NCBI GenBank assembly: GCA_046484865.1
Contig: JAWOID010000063.1
Location: 41,784-105,783, forward strand
From: Candidatus Krumholzibacteriia bacterium
Lineage (GTDB): Bacteria > Krumholzibacteriota > Krumholzibacteriia > LZORAL124-64-63
Reading direction: 5' to 3'
DNA: 64,000 bases
A program made the position numbers and the translations under genes. A model generated the notes under the pieces. That model was given only the letters and a program-made list of their open reading frames with translations, was not told the DNA's origin and did not search any database. Shown piece by piece: positions 1 to 9,740 of this stretch; within the stretch, counting starts at the first letter, position 1; every line of letters begins with the position of its first letter.

Positions 1-235
1 GGCCACCGCGCCGCTCCACCCGCAGCCGCCACAGCAGCGCGGCGGCGGCGACGAACTCGATGATGCTGTCGAGCCCGAAGCCGATCAGCGCGATGCTGCC
101 AGCCGCGACGCCGCTCCAGATGGCGATGCCGGCCTCCACCGCATTGTAGGCCATGGTCGCGACCACGAGCTGCAACCCGATCCGCGTCCAGTCGCGGCCG
201 GTGGACGAGGATGAAGATGTCGATTTCCCGTTCAT
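1..235 (-). CDS. Cation transporter / CDF-like membrane protein (5' part; runs off window)
   Basis: Own translation from ATG at 235: MNGKSTSSSSSTGRDWTRIGLQLVVATMAYNAVEAGIAIWSGVAAGSIALIGFGLDSIIEFVAAAALLWRL. The 'YN.VE...AGS.AL.GFGLDS.IE' segment is typical of cation-efflux-related membrane proteins. Confidence 0.75.
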   Translation of the reverse strand, partial: MNGKSTSSSSSTGRDWTRIGLQLVVATMAYNAVEAGIAIWSGVAAGSIALIGFGLDSIIEFVAAAALLWRLRVERRGG

Positions 236-280
236 GCGCCGGCAGACCGCCTCTGTTGGATCCCTCTCGCCCCGCGCCGC

Positions 281-694
281 CTAGGCCCTCACCCGCTCGT
301 ACGTCTCGTCGAGCACGATGTCCGGGTGGATCGAATGCCGCAGCGGGCAGGTCTTCCCCGCATTGACCAGCTTCTGGAAGTCGGCCTCGCTGCAGTCGGT
401 GACGATCTCGTACCGGAGGGCGAGTCGTCCGATACGCCGGGGGTTCGCCGACATCTCCTTGTCCGCCGTGTAGCGGATCTCCTGGACCCGAATCCCGCTG
501 CGGTGCGCGAACATGTTCATGATCGTGGCGGCGCAACAGCCCAGCGACGTCGCGCAGAGGTCGGTCGGGGAGAACAGCAATCCCTCGCCGCCGTTGTCCT
601 TCGGCGCCATCGTCTCGATGACCGAGCCCGAGTCGAGATGCACGATCCGGGTCGTGGTCCTGCCGGTGGTCCGGCCCGCGGTGCGGACGATCAT
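281..694 (-). CDS. OsmC/Ohr family protein
   Basis: APKDNGGEGLLFSPTDLCATSLGCC...CPLRHSIHPD, the two-Cys OsmC/YhfA-like pattern. Start taken at ATG 694 (MIVRT). Confidence 0.85.
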   Translation of the reverse strand: MIVRTAGRTTGRTTTRIVHLDSGSVIETMAPKDNGGEGLLFSPTDLCATSLGCCAATIMNMFAHRSGIRVQEIRYTADKEMSANPRRIGRLALRYEIVTDCSEADFQKLVNAGKTCPLRHSIHPDIVLDETYERVRA

Positions 695-908
695 GGATGA
701 ACTCCCGGGTCCGGTGCCTGGGTCGGGGGCATGCTCAGCATCGTACGTCTCCTCGGTGGGTGCAAGGCCGCGGGCCTGGCCGCAGGTTGCGGAGCGCCTT
801 CGCGGCGGCGCCACGCAAGGTCGTCTTGACGAAACCGCGTCGCACCTCTATGGGATTGTGGACACCATCCCGGCCGGCATGCCGGCGCCGCACCTCAGGA
901 GGCTCGCC

Positions 909-1721
909 GTGAAGCTCGAAGAACTCGCCGACGTCCCCGCCTGGGACTGGCCTGAAGACGCCGCCGAGACCATTCGCACCGTGCTTGGTGATGGCTCGGC
1001 CGGGCTGGAGCAGCGCCTGCTGGCCGCCGACCTGGCCGGCATGGTCGAGGTCATGGACGACGACACCGCCGACGCGCTCCTGGCCGTCGCCGGCAAGGCG
1101 GAAGAGGAGCTGGAACTGCGCATCCGGGCTGCCATCTCGCTGGGGCCGCTCTTCGAGTACACCGACATGATGCGGGGCCAGGGCGAGGAGGAGGTGCTGG
1201 TGTCCGCCGCCACCTACGAGCGCGTGGACGACGCCACCCGGGCGCTCTTCCGGGACGAGAGCGTGCCGGCCGAGGTGAGGCGCGCGGTGCTCGAGGCATC
1301 GTCGCGCGCACCGCGAGACTGGCACCGCGACGCGGTGCGGGCGGCCTACCGGTCCGACGATCCCGACTGGCGGCTGACCGCCGTCTTCTGCATGCGTTCG
1401 GTGCCGGGCTTCCAGGACGAGATCCTGCAGTCCCTCGCGAGTAACGAGCCGGGCATGCAGTATCAGGCGGTCTGTGCGGCCGGCGAGCAGCGCGTGGACC
1501 CCGCCTGGCTCGTCGTGTCGGCGCTGGTGCGCGAACCCATCGCCGACCAGCCGCTGCTTCTGGCGGCCATCGAGTCGGCGGCGGAGATCCGCCCGTCCGA
1601 GGCCCTGACGCTGCTGCAGCCGCTGACCGGGTCTCCGGACGAGGAGATCGCAGCGGCTGCCGAGGACGCGCTCGATCTCGCTCGGGCGCTGCTCGAGAAC
1701 GACACGGACAACCGGCGCTGA
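909..1721 (+). CDS. HEAT/ARM-repeat helical protein
   Basis: AGGAGG RBS ahead of GTG 909; repeated 'R..A..ALG / VR.A.LEA / EIAAAAEDAL' helical units. Confidence 0.65.
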   Translation: MKLEELADVPAWDWPEDAAETIRTVLGDGSAGLEQRLLAADLAGMVEVMDDDTADALLAVAGKAEEELELRIRAAISLGPLFEYTDMMRGQGEEEVLVSAATYERVDDATRALFRDESVPAEVRRAVLEASSRAPRDWHRDAVRAAYRSDDPDWRLTAVFCMRSVPGFQDEILQSLASNEPGMQYQAVCAAGEQRVDPAWLVVSALVREPIADQPLLLAAIESAAEIRPSEALTLLQPLTGSPDEEIAAAAEDALDLARALLENDTDNRR

Positions 1722-1827
1722 TCGCGGCGGCGGCGAGGCCGCGTCCGATACTCGGCGACGGCGGCGCCAGGTCCATGACCCGGAGATGGCCGCCGCGCCC
1801 GCCATCGTGGCCGGCACGGGCACCGGG

Positions 1828-2313
1828 TCAGCGGTCGGCCGATCCCGTGAAGCGGTACTGCAGGTGGCACTGCGCGCAGTACTCGCCCATCTCGCCAACC
1901 TGCACGTTGACCTCGGGTAGCTGCCGCTGCTCGGCGGCGCTGGACGCCTGCTTCGCGTGGCTTGCCAGTTCGCCCGCGAGTTCACGGAAGCCCTCGCCCT
2001 CGTCCTCGCCGAACTCCTTCCGCACACGCTCGGCCAGCTCGGCGGTGGCGCTCGCGTCTCGCTGCAGTTGCCGGAAGTCTTCGGCCTCGAGCGGCTCATC
2101 GAGACTCTGCATCAGCGCGATGCGCACGATGTCCTCGAAGTGGTCTCGATTGCGCTCCATGAGGGCTGCGAGACTGCCCTCGGCATGCTCGCCGTGTTCG
2201 GCCTTCGCGGCGTCCTCGTCGGTGTCGTCGGTGTCGTCGGCGAGAACGGTGATCGTTCCCGCGAGCAGGATGACCGCGGCGGCGGCCACGATCCAGCGCT
2301 GCCTCACCGTCAT
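1828..2313 (-). CDS. Periplasmic monoheme cytochrome c, class II (cytochrome c'-like)
   Basis: N-terminal signal peptide, helical acidic body, single CAQCH heme motif near the C-terminus. Confidence 0.75.
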   Translation of the reverse strand: MTVRQRWIVAAAAVILLAGTITVLADDTDDTDEDAAKAEHGEHAEGSLAALMERNRDHFEDIVRIALMQSLDEPLEAEDFRQLQRDASATAELAERVRKEFGEDEGEGFRELAGELASHAKQASSAAEQRQLPEVNVQVGEMGEYCAQCHLQYRFTGSADR

Positions 2314-2632
2314 GGATTCCCTCCCTCGATGGCGGCGTGTGTCCGCGGGGACCGCTCGCGGCGCCGGCGCGTCCGGTCCGGAGAGTCCTCGCCCGCTCTC
2401 AAGGTAGCGCCAGGAAGGGGCGGGCCGCCGCCGCTGGAGCAGACGTCCGATCGACCGGTCGTTGCACGTCGGAGCAGGCGTCTGCTGCTGGGTACGATCG
2501 GCCGGTCGCTGGTGGCGAAGCGGGAATCTGCCTACGCTGAACGCGGTCGGCAGCGAGAGCGGTCAGCGGGGTCGGCTGCGCCACCCAGCAATCCCCGCGC
2601 TCCAGGAGAGCATACCCCGCTGGAGGAACCGG

Positions 2633-3385
2633 ATGAGACGCTGGAAGAATCGGATGACGGGCCTGCCGGGTTCCCGCGAGCCGAGCGACTTTCGTCGGCA
2701 TCTTCCCGCCCGGCTCGCGATCATCGTTGCCGCTGCCGCGGTGCTGACCATCGGCGTGGCCGCGGCGCAATCCGCCGGATGGGCCGACACGAGTCGGCCC
2801 GGGTCGGTTGCGGACCGCCCCGAGGACATCTGCCCCATCCTGGTGGGTAGCGAGCTACCGCCCATCGAGCTTCGGACTCCGACGGGCGCCGCTTTCGACC
2901 TGAACGCCGCCGCCAGGGCGCAACCGACGGTCCTGATCTTCTATCGCGGTGGCTGGTGTCCGTTCTGCAGCCGTCATCTGGCCCAGTTGCAGACCGTCCA
3001 GCAGGATCTGTCCGCTCTCGGCTATCAGATCCTGGCGGTGAGCGCCGATCGGCCTGCCAAGCTGACGGCACCCGTCGAGGAACACGACCTCGAGTACCAG
3101 CTCCTGTCGGACAGCACCATGGCCGCTGCGCGGGCGCTCGGAATCGCGTTCGAGGTCCCTGACGAGACGGTCCAGAAGTACAAGAACGATTACAACATCG
3201 ATCTCGAGGCGGACTCGGGCGAGACCCATCACCAGCTTCCCGTGCCGGCGGCCATCGTTCTCGACCGCGAGGGCATGGTCCGCTTCATCCATGTGGATCC
3301 GGACTACCGCTCGCGCATCGATCCGGAGTTGCTGCTGGCGGCGGCGCGGGTGGCGCTGGAGAAGGAGAAGGAGAACGAGCAGTAG
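2633..3385 (+). CDS. Exported peroxiredoxin-like (AhpC/TSA family) protein
   Basis: FYRGGWCPFC motif and LPVPA near the C-terminus; hydrophobic N-terminal segment; GGAGG upstream of ATG 2633. Confidence 0.85.
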   Translation: MRRWKNRMTGLPGSREPSDFRRHLPARLAIIVAAAAVLTIGVAAAQSAGWADTSRPGSVADRPEDICPILVGSELPPIELRTPTGAAFDLNAAARAQPTVLIFYRGGWCPFCSRHLAQLQTVQQDLSALGYQILAVSADRPAKLTAPVEEHDLEYQLLSDSTMAAARALGIAFEVPDETVQKYKNDYNIDLEADSGETHHQLPVPAAIVLDREGMVRFIHVDPDYRSRIDPELLLAAARVALEKEKENEQ

Positions 3386-3512
3386 AACGAGCACGGCGGT
3401 CGCAGGCCGGGCCTCCGGGGCCGGAGACGACGCGTCGACCCGGTTCCATGAGCCCTGACCGGACCCGGCTCGGTTCACGAGAGCTGGTCGCCGGGCAGGC
3501 TAGCCGGGCAGG

Positions 3513-4169
3513 CTATCGGTCAGCCGGATCTTCTGCCTGCAGGTCCTCGATCGTGCGGCCGCTGAGCACCGATTCCGGCCGCGTCGCGGTGAGATCGTCG
3601 CGGGTGCCGGTGCCGTCGCCGGCGCCGGCCTCGTCGCGGGCGCTGACCTCGTCGCCGGCATCGCCGCCGCCGACGGTATCTTCGCGCATCTTGACCAGCA
3701 GCCAGCGCTCGCGCTTGCCGGCCCCGGTGCGTCGCAGGGCGAAACCGCCGCTGAGCTTCTCGCCCTCGAGCTGGAAGAGGAAGTGGCCGCGCTCGATGGC
3801 GGCGGCTGCGGGTTGCGGGCTTTCCTCGTTCCCGGTGACGTTGCGATAGGTTCCGCGGTCCCAGACGATCATGCTGCCGCCGCCGTACTCGCCGGCCGGA
3901 ATGCGGCCCTCGAACCCGGCGTACTCCAGCGGATGGTCCTCCGTGCGCATGGCCAGACGCTTCACTGACGGATCGGTCGACGGCCCCTTCGGCACTGCCC
4001 ACGAGGCGAGCACGCCGTCCACCTCCAGGCGCAGGTCGTAGTGCAGGCTCGACGCCTGATGCTTCTGGACGACGAAGATGGGCGGATCGTTGGTCGGAGC
4101 GGGCTCTTGGCCGGCGGGCTCGGGGGTCTTGCTGAAATCGCGCTTCGCGCGGTACTCGTCCAGCGGCAT
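3513..4169 (-). CDS. Stand-alone LigD 3'-phosphoesterase (DNA ligase D N-terminal) domain protein
   Basis: LDEYRAKRDFSKTPEP, FVVQKHQASSLHYDLRLE, SWAVPKGPS, EDHPLEY and YGGGSMIVWDRG are the LigD PE-domain signatures. Confidence 0.92.
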   Translation of the reverse strand: MPLDEYRAKRDFSKTPEPAGQEPAPTNDPPIFVVQKHQASSLHYDLRLEVDGVLASWAVPKGPSTDPSVKRLAMRTEDHPLEYAGFEGRIPAGEYGGGSMIVWDRGTYRNVTGNEESPQPAAAAIERGHFLFQLEGEKLSGGFALRRTGAGKRERWLLVKMREDTVGGGDAGDEVSARDEAGAGDGTGTRDDLTATRPESVLSGRTIEDLQAEDPADR

Positions 4170-4185
4170 GGGGGAACCTCGCGGC

Positions 4186-4629
4186 TCAGTCGTAAGCGCT
4201 CATGATCGCCGGATCCTCCTTCATCAGATCACCGGCCATGTCCGCCATGCGCGTCTCCTGCCAGAACGGGAGCTGCTGGTGTACGTCGCGGTACTTCGCG
4301 GGGATCGGGTGCGTGCCGACCACCACCGGCACGCCATAGCGCGTCTCGATGAAATCCTTGAAGCGCCGGAGGTTGGGACAGGGGGGATACCCGACGACCA
4401 GACCCGTGGCGAGATGGATCACCTCGGCTCCGTTCTTGATCATCTCCTCGGGGACGTACTCCACGTTGCCGCCCGGGCAGTCGCCGCAGTAGGAGTAGCC
4501 CACCAGTTGCAGCTCCTCGTCGGCGGGATAACGGGCGAAGCCGCCCACGTGCTCACGCATCGATCTCAGGCACTTGCCGCCACCACAGGACTTGTAACGG
4601 CCACAGATGATGATGCCGATCTTCTTCAT
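4186..4629 (-). CDS. CGGC domain protein
   Basis: KIGIIICGRYKSCGGGKC, CGDCPG, PPCP and VVVGTH motifs. Confidence 0.88.
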   Translation of the reverse strand: MKKIGIIICGRYKSCGGGKCLRSMREHVGGFARYPADEELQLVGYSYCGDCPGGNVEYVPEEMIKNGAEVIHLATGLVVGYPPCPNLRRFKDFIETRYGVPVVVGTHPIPAKYRDVHQQLPFWQETRMADMAGDLMKEDPAIMSAYD

Positions 4630-4678
4630 CGCCGCTCTCCTCTCGGTTCCGGACCCGGGCTCTCCGGCAACTCCCTCG

Positions 4679-6358
4679 TCAGCTTCCGAGGCGAGCCTGC
4701 GTGGTGTCCTCCGCGGCCGGGCTCCACTCGCCCACCGCCTCCTCGTGCACCTTCACCGGGCCGCGGGCGGTCCAGCTCTGCTCGTAGTTGTAGTTCCAGC
4801 CGAGATACTCCGAGGCGCCGCCGCCCTCGGTGGTGATCAGGAAGCGGTTGGGCAGGGCGCCGATCGACTCGGCCACCTGGCCCGGCAGCTCCTTGTCGCC
4901 ACCCTGGGGGTCGATGTGGATCCACCCGTAGGGCGGCAGGTAGACCTGGCTCCAGCGGTGGAAGACATCGTCGCTGCTGGCGGCGTCGCCGCGCACCACC
5001 ACGGCACCCACGTAGCGGGCGGGGATGCCGGCGGCGCGGCACATCGAGATGAACAGGAAGGTGTACTCGCTGCAGGAGCCGTTGCCGCGCTCGAGCACCC
5101 GGGGCGCCACGTTCCAGCCGCCGGCCAGCTCGTAGTGAAGCCGCTCGCGGATGTACCGGTGGATGTTCCGCATCATCCAGTACGGATTGGTCTCGTCGCC
5201 CACGGCTTCCTTCACCGCCGACACGATGCGCGGATCGCCGATGCGGTACTTGTCTTCGTCCACCAGATACTGCTCGCGCACAGCCCGGGGAATGTCCTCC
5301 AGCTCGCCGACCTCGTGCGGGAACACGTACCAGCGCGTGTCGAACAGCTCGCAGCGGACGTCCATGGTCAGCCGCTGCCGTTCCGCGATGGGCAGGTCGG
5401 TCAGGCGCCAGTGCGCCACCTTCTGCTGCCAGCGATCCTCCAGGAATTCGTCCGGCTCCGGTGAGAAGGAGGGTTCGACGATGATGTCCTGCATGGGGGA
5501 CCCGCTCGGGACGGCGATGTAGACGTCCAGCGACGTCAACTCGCCCGGACCGTAGTTGCGGAACTCGTGGGTGAGCAGCAGATCGAGCTTCTGGCCGTTG
5601 CTGCGGCCCACCAGCTCTCCGTCCTGGGCGACCACCCGGTAGACCACGTCGTCCTGGTAGTCGGCGACCCAGAGGTGGTCGCCGTCGGCCGCCAGCCCGT
5701 ACGCGTGCGGGCCCGGCGCGGCGATGCTGAGCACCACCTCGCCGCCGTGCCGCGGATCGACGAGGTAGATGCGGTCTTGAAGCCGGTCGGCCGACCACAG
5801 GTAGCCCTGCCACCAGGTCAGGCCGGTGGGCGACTTCATGGGCGCCGCGAACTCCTCCACCGTGGTGCCGTCGGCCGTGGAGATCTGCATGAGCTTGTCG
5901 TCGGCGTCGTCGGCGAGCCACAGGTAACGGCCGTCCCAGGCGAGACCCTGCGGCACGGTGGCCGGCGATTCGAGACTCGCGAGCGTCGTCCCGCTCTCCG
6001 GGTCGAGCATGACGATGCGCTTCTCCTCGCCATCGACCACCCACAGATGCGCGCCGTCCCACGCCAGTCCGCGCGGGATGAAGCCGGGCGCGGGCAGGGT
6101 GCGCACGACCTCGCCCGTGGCCGGATCGAGCGCGTACAATTCGTCGGTGAGCCGGTCGGCGACCCAGAGGTGATGGCCGTCGAAGGCGAGGCCCGTGGGC
6201 GTGCGGCCAGGCGTGGCGAACTTGCCGGCCACGTCGCCGGGGGCGGCCAGCGCGTCGCTGACGGCAGGGGAGAAGGGACCGGCGGCGGCGACCAGGGTCG
6301 CCAGCGTCAGGGCGCCCAGCGCGAGCGCCCGGGGACTCGAAATGCTACAGCGTTCCAT
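4679..6358 (-). CDS. Secreted beta-propeller + transglutaminase-like domain protein
   Basis: Signal peptide; repeated P.GLAWDG..LWVAD propeller blades; C-terminal GSCSEY...FHRW...IHIDP Cys-His-Asp triad. Confidence 0.85.
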   Translation of the reverse strand: MERCSISSPRALALGALTLATLVAAAGPFSPAVSDALAAPGDVAGKFATPGRTPTGLAFDGHHLWVADRLTDELYALDPATGEVVRTLPAPGFIPRGLAWDGAHLWVVDGEEKRIVMLDPESGTTLASLESPATVPQGLAWDGRYLWLADDADDKLMQISTADGTTVEEFAAPMKSPTGLTWWQGYLWSADRLQDRIYLVDPRHGGEVVLSIAAPGPHAYGLAADGDHLWVADYQDDVVYRVVAQDGELVGRSNGQKLDLLLTHEFRNYGPGELTSLDVYIAVPSGSPMQDIIVEPSFSPEPDEFLEDRWQQKVAHWRLTDLPIAERQRLTMDVRCELFDTRWYVFPHEVGELEDIPRAVREQYLVDEDKYRIGDPRIVSAVKEAVGDETNPYWMMRNIHRYIRERLHYELAGGWNVAPRVLERGNGSCSEYTFLFISMCRAAGIPARYVGAVVVRGDAASSDDVFHRWSQVYLPPYGWIHIDPQGGDKELPGQVAESIGALPNRFLITTEGGGASEYLGWNYNYEQSWTARGPVKVHEEAVGEWSPAAEDTTQARLGS

Positions 6359-6385
6359 GGGGGCTCCCTCGAGGTGGGTCGGGCC

Positions 6386-8185
6386 TCAGCTCGTCATCGC
6401 TCCGGTCGCCGGGACGGCCGTCAGCTCGTCCTGCAGGATCTGCAGCCGCTCGAGAAAACGCTCGCGGTACGGTGCCGTGAAGGTGTTCGCCAGCTCACGA
6501 TAGTACTGCACGCCGCTGCGCAGGTTCTCGCGGCACTCCGCGATGGTCCGGGCCAGGCGATCCGACGGTTCGGCACCGTGCCGGACGATGTCGCCGTGCA
6601 GCCGCTCGAGGTGCAAGGCCAGCTCCTTGAGCAGCATGTGCGGGCGGTCGGGGTCGACCGGCAGCGACGCCCGGCCGTAGATGTGGTCGACCATGGCCTC
6701 GAGCGTGGTCGCCTGGTGGAAGTAGGCGGCGTTCGGACCGCAGCAGACCGCCGTCGCCGCGCCCGGATCGATGCCCATCGGTCCGGTGACGCCGCCCGCC
6801 AGGTCGTGGCAGATGCAGGCTCGCGCCATCGCCGTCTCGCGCGCGCGTCGTTGCTCGGCGGTGGACAGGTCCGAAGCGGCGATCTGCTCGAGCTTGCGTC
6901 GCTGGAACGCCCGGCTGGCGGTGCAGAGCGGAGACGAGGTGAACTCGGTGGAGGAGACCAGGAACCCCTTGGGGCAGGGGCTGCCGGGCTTGCCCTCGGC
7001 GATGCGTTGCACGCGCAGGTCCTCGCTCGTCGAGGTCCGCAGGGACCAGAAAGGGACGCCCAGCGGCGACGCATCGCTCAGGTAAATGTCGTCCTCGCCG
7101 GCCGCCGCGAGCCGTTCCAGGCTCTCGGGATCGAGATTGACCACCTCGGGCACGAAGAGGAACGCGCTACCCCAGCCGGTGCCGTCCACGCCGTAGTACT
7201 CGCGCAGGAAGCGGTCCTCGTACGCTTCGCCGATGCCCCCCTGGACGGTGATGCGCAGGGGTGCGGGCTCTGTCTGTTCCGCTCGCCCCAGCGCTGCCAG
7301 CGCCTGGTTGCGAATCTTGCGCAGGCTCCGGCCCAGGTTCTCCCGCTCGCGCCGGAAATCTTCGAGAATCGGTCCCATCAGCTGACCCTTGCCGCCGAAC
7401 GCGTGTCCGCCGCAGTTGAGCCCCGATTCCACCCGGAACTCCGAGACATGGAGTCCGAGCCGGGCCAGCAGCGTGCCCTGCAGCAGGGCGGAACGGTAGT
7501 CGCTCACCTTCAGCACGATCCGCTTGCGCAACTCGCCGTCCTGGTCGGGGAACATGGCGCCGAACTCGGCCATGTAGGAGAACAGGCGGCGATTCATGCC
7601 CGCCGAGAGCACCACCGAGGCGTCGGCACGGCTGTTCATGAAACCGCGCAGCGCGCTCAGGGCATCGGAGCCGTGCTCGGGGAACGGGCGGCCGCGCCGG
7701 TCGTGGCGGCGGTCGACCTTGGTCATGATGTTGACGTCGATGGCGCCGGGCTGGACGAACTCCCGCAACCGCTCCTGCAGCCCGCGGCGCGCCTCCGGAT
7801 CGTCGGTGGCCTGCATGCGCTCGAACAGTTGCCGCAGCGGCGATGGCGGCAGCATCTCGAAGTAGCGCACGATCTCGCTGCCCGCCTCGAACACCGCTCC
7901 GCGCACCCGCTCCACCTGGCGCTGCACCAGCGTGTCCAGGAGATCGAGGTACAGGGTGATGCGGCGGGCGCGGGCGTCGGGGGCGCTGTCCTCGATGGGT
8001 TCGCACGGTTCGTCGTGCTCGCGGCACACGCGCCGGCGCACCTGCTCGATGAGGATGTCGTCCACCAGCGACACCACCGAGGCGATGCCGTAGCGTGCCA
8101 CCTTCAGCGGCGTGTCGATCGTGAAGCCCGTTCCCATCACGGGGATATGGAAGGTGTGAACGGGCGGGCGAGAGGCGGGACCCAT
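6386..8185 (-). CDS. Conserved hypothetical protein, possible FMN TIM-barrel with Cys clusters
   Basis: HTFHIPVMGTGFTIDTP N-terminus; ESGLNCGGHAF, TVQGGIG and GWGSAFL resemble nitronate monooxygenase/IMPDH-like phosphate-binding motifs; CPKG, CTAS and CICH Cys motifs. Confidence 0.7.
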   Translation of the reverse strand: MGPASRPPVHTFHIPVMGTGFTIDTPLKVARYGIASVVSLVDDILIEQVRRRVCREHDEPCEPIEDSAPDARARRITLYLDLLDTLVQRQVERVRGAVFEAGSEIVRYFEMLPPSPLRQLFERMQATDDPEARRGLQERLREFVQPGAIDVNIMTKVDRRHDRRGRPFPEHGSDALSALRGFMNSRADASVVLSAGMNRRLFSYMAEFGAMFPDQDGELRKRIVLKVSDYRSALLQGTLLARLGLHVSEFRVESGLNCGGHAFGGKGQLMGPILEDFRRERENLGRSLRKIRNQALAALGRAEQTEPAPLRITVQGGIGEAYEDRFLREYYGVDGTGWGSAFLFVPEVVNLDPESLERLAAAGEDDIYLSDASPLGVPFWSLRTSTSEDLRVQRIAEGKPGSPCPKGFLVSSTEFTSSPLCTASRAFQRRKLEQIAASDLSTAEQRRARETAMARACICHDLAGGVTGPMGIDPGAATAVCCGPNAAYFHQATTLEAMVDHIYGRASLPVDPDRPHMLLKELALHLERLHGDIVRHGAEPSDRLARTIAECRENLRSGVQYYRELANTFTAPYRERFLERLQILQDELTAVPATGAMTS

Positions 8186-8357
8186 GGCAACTCCGGAACG
8201 AAGAGGTACCCTGATCGACGCGGAGCGCGCAGAACCGAGTGATGACACCAACAGGAAGTGTTCGTCCGGCGGGGACAAAAAGCCAGCGGAAACATTCATC
8301 CGGGGGGAACAGTCGCCGGGATCGAACTCCCGGAGATCGGCCTCCAGACTCGGAAGG

Positions 8358-9605
8358 ATGGCAACCTTGCGGGGGAACCTGCTGTTTGCGCCGATCGCCC
8401 TGACGCTCGCCTGCGGCGCGTCGACCGTCACGGCCCAGTCCGGAGTCGAACAGCCCCCGGCATGGCCCCATCAGCGCGGGTTCCACGAGGCGCTCCTGTT
8501 CGTGCATCCCCTGGTGAACTACGCCGTGCCGCCGGACCGGCAGGTGGCCTGGGAACGCGAGCGGCTGGCGGCAGGCGCCCTGCTGGGCGGCTTCGGCAGC
8601 GTCTCGACCGACGATCTGATGATCGATGCGCACTGGGCCCTGAACCCGGTGCTGGGTCGCGGCCTGCGTCTGCGCAACCGGATCGACTGGCAGCAGCTGC
8701 GGCACCTGCCGCGTGACCGGCTGGACATCGAACTGGGGTTCGAGGCGACGCTTTGGCACGGCGTGGGGGCGGTGGTGACCAGCAGCCCGGCCGCCGCCAA
8801 GGAAGACCTGGACCTGCAGGTGGGCGGCGTCTGGACGAGTGCCGACCGCACCCGATACGTCCAGGTCCGCTACGTGGCCGAGGATCTGGTCCACGACGAG
8901 AAGAACGATCGCGGTGCGCAGACCCGGACCAGTCCCCGTGGCGTGGACTGGCAACTGCGGTTGACGCGCAGCGCCTGGACCGTCGCCTCCGAGGGACGGT
9001 GGTTGTGCACCTTCGATCGCATCTATCCCGACCTGCATCGCTCCGGCGGTCTCGCGCGGCACCGGTTCGCCGACAACGAGTTGACCGTCCGCGTGGACCG
9101 CCGGCTCGGCGAGGGCGGCCCCGCCGGCGGCGGCCTGGTCCAGGCTTCATTCCTGCTCGTCGAGCATCGCGAGGCCCGCGCCTACCGGGACGTCGCCTTC
9201 GATCACGATGTGTCCGGCCGGTTCCGGTCGCTCTCGCTGCGAGGCCTCTGGCCTCTGGACGGCCGCTGGCGCCTGCGCGGCGAGCTGCACCGTCTCGACC
9301 GGCGAGCCGACGGAGCGGGCTGGCGCGCCTTTCGCTATCGCCGCGACGAGACCATCCCCGCGGTTCTCGTCCAGCGCTCCTTCGGCATGCATCACGCTGA
9401 AGCCGGCTACGTGGCCACCTTCTACCGGTGGCGCGAGGAGTCGGCGAACGGGTCCGTCAGGCAGGACGACGGCTACGCCGACAAGGTGATGGCCAGCTTC
9501 GTGCTTGCCCTCGCGCGCGGCTCCGAGCTGCAGTTCTCCGTCAGTCACGAGGTGTCGGACGGCGATTTCGGCGGTGGCAGCATCCAGGTGCTCGCCTATT
9601 TCTGA
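8358..9605 (+). CDS. Putative outer-membrane beta-barrel protein
   Basis: Signal peptide, alternating amphipathic strands, C-terminal aromatic residue (…IQVLAYF). Confidence 0.55.
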   Translation: MATLRGNLLFAPIALTLACGASTVTAQSGVEQPPAWPHQRGFHEALLFVHPLVNYAVPPDRQVAWERERLAAGALLGGFGSVSTDDLMIDAHWALNPVLGRGLRLRNRIDWQQLRHLPRDRLDIELGFEATLWHGVGAVVTSSPAAAKEDLDLQVGGVWTSADRTRYVQVRYVAEDLVHDEKNDRGAQTRTSPRGVDWQLRLTRSAWTVASEGRWLCTFDRIYPDLHRSGGLARHRFADNELTVRVDRRLGEGGPAGGGLVQASFLLVEHREARAYRDVAFDHDVSGRFRSLSLRGLWPLDGRWRLRGELHRLDRRADGAGWRAFRYRRDETIPAVLVQRSFGMHHAEAGYVATFYRWREESANGSVRQDDGYADKVMASFVLALARGSELQFSVSHEVSDGDFGGGSIQVLAYF

Positions 9606-9740
9606 GCGCGTCGGAGCGCACCCGAGCGCCGCGTCGCTCATGGGCCACGGGGGGCGCGGAAACCGGACTAATTTCGTAAACTGACAAGTCCCGGCGGCGG
9701 GGTGTGCCACGATTTTCGCCGATTTCCCGATGGATCAACC

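Noticed and set aside
5567..8242. Long alternative-frame ORFs (e.g. 891 aa here; also 9735-12170, 25968-28445, 47873-50440)
   Set aside because: Antisense shadows of well-supported genes, expected at high GC; no recognisable motifs.
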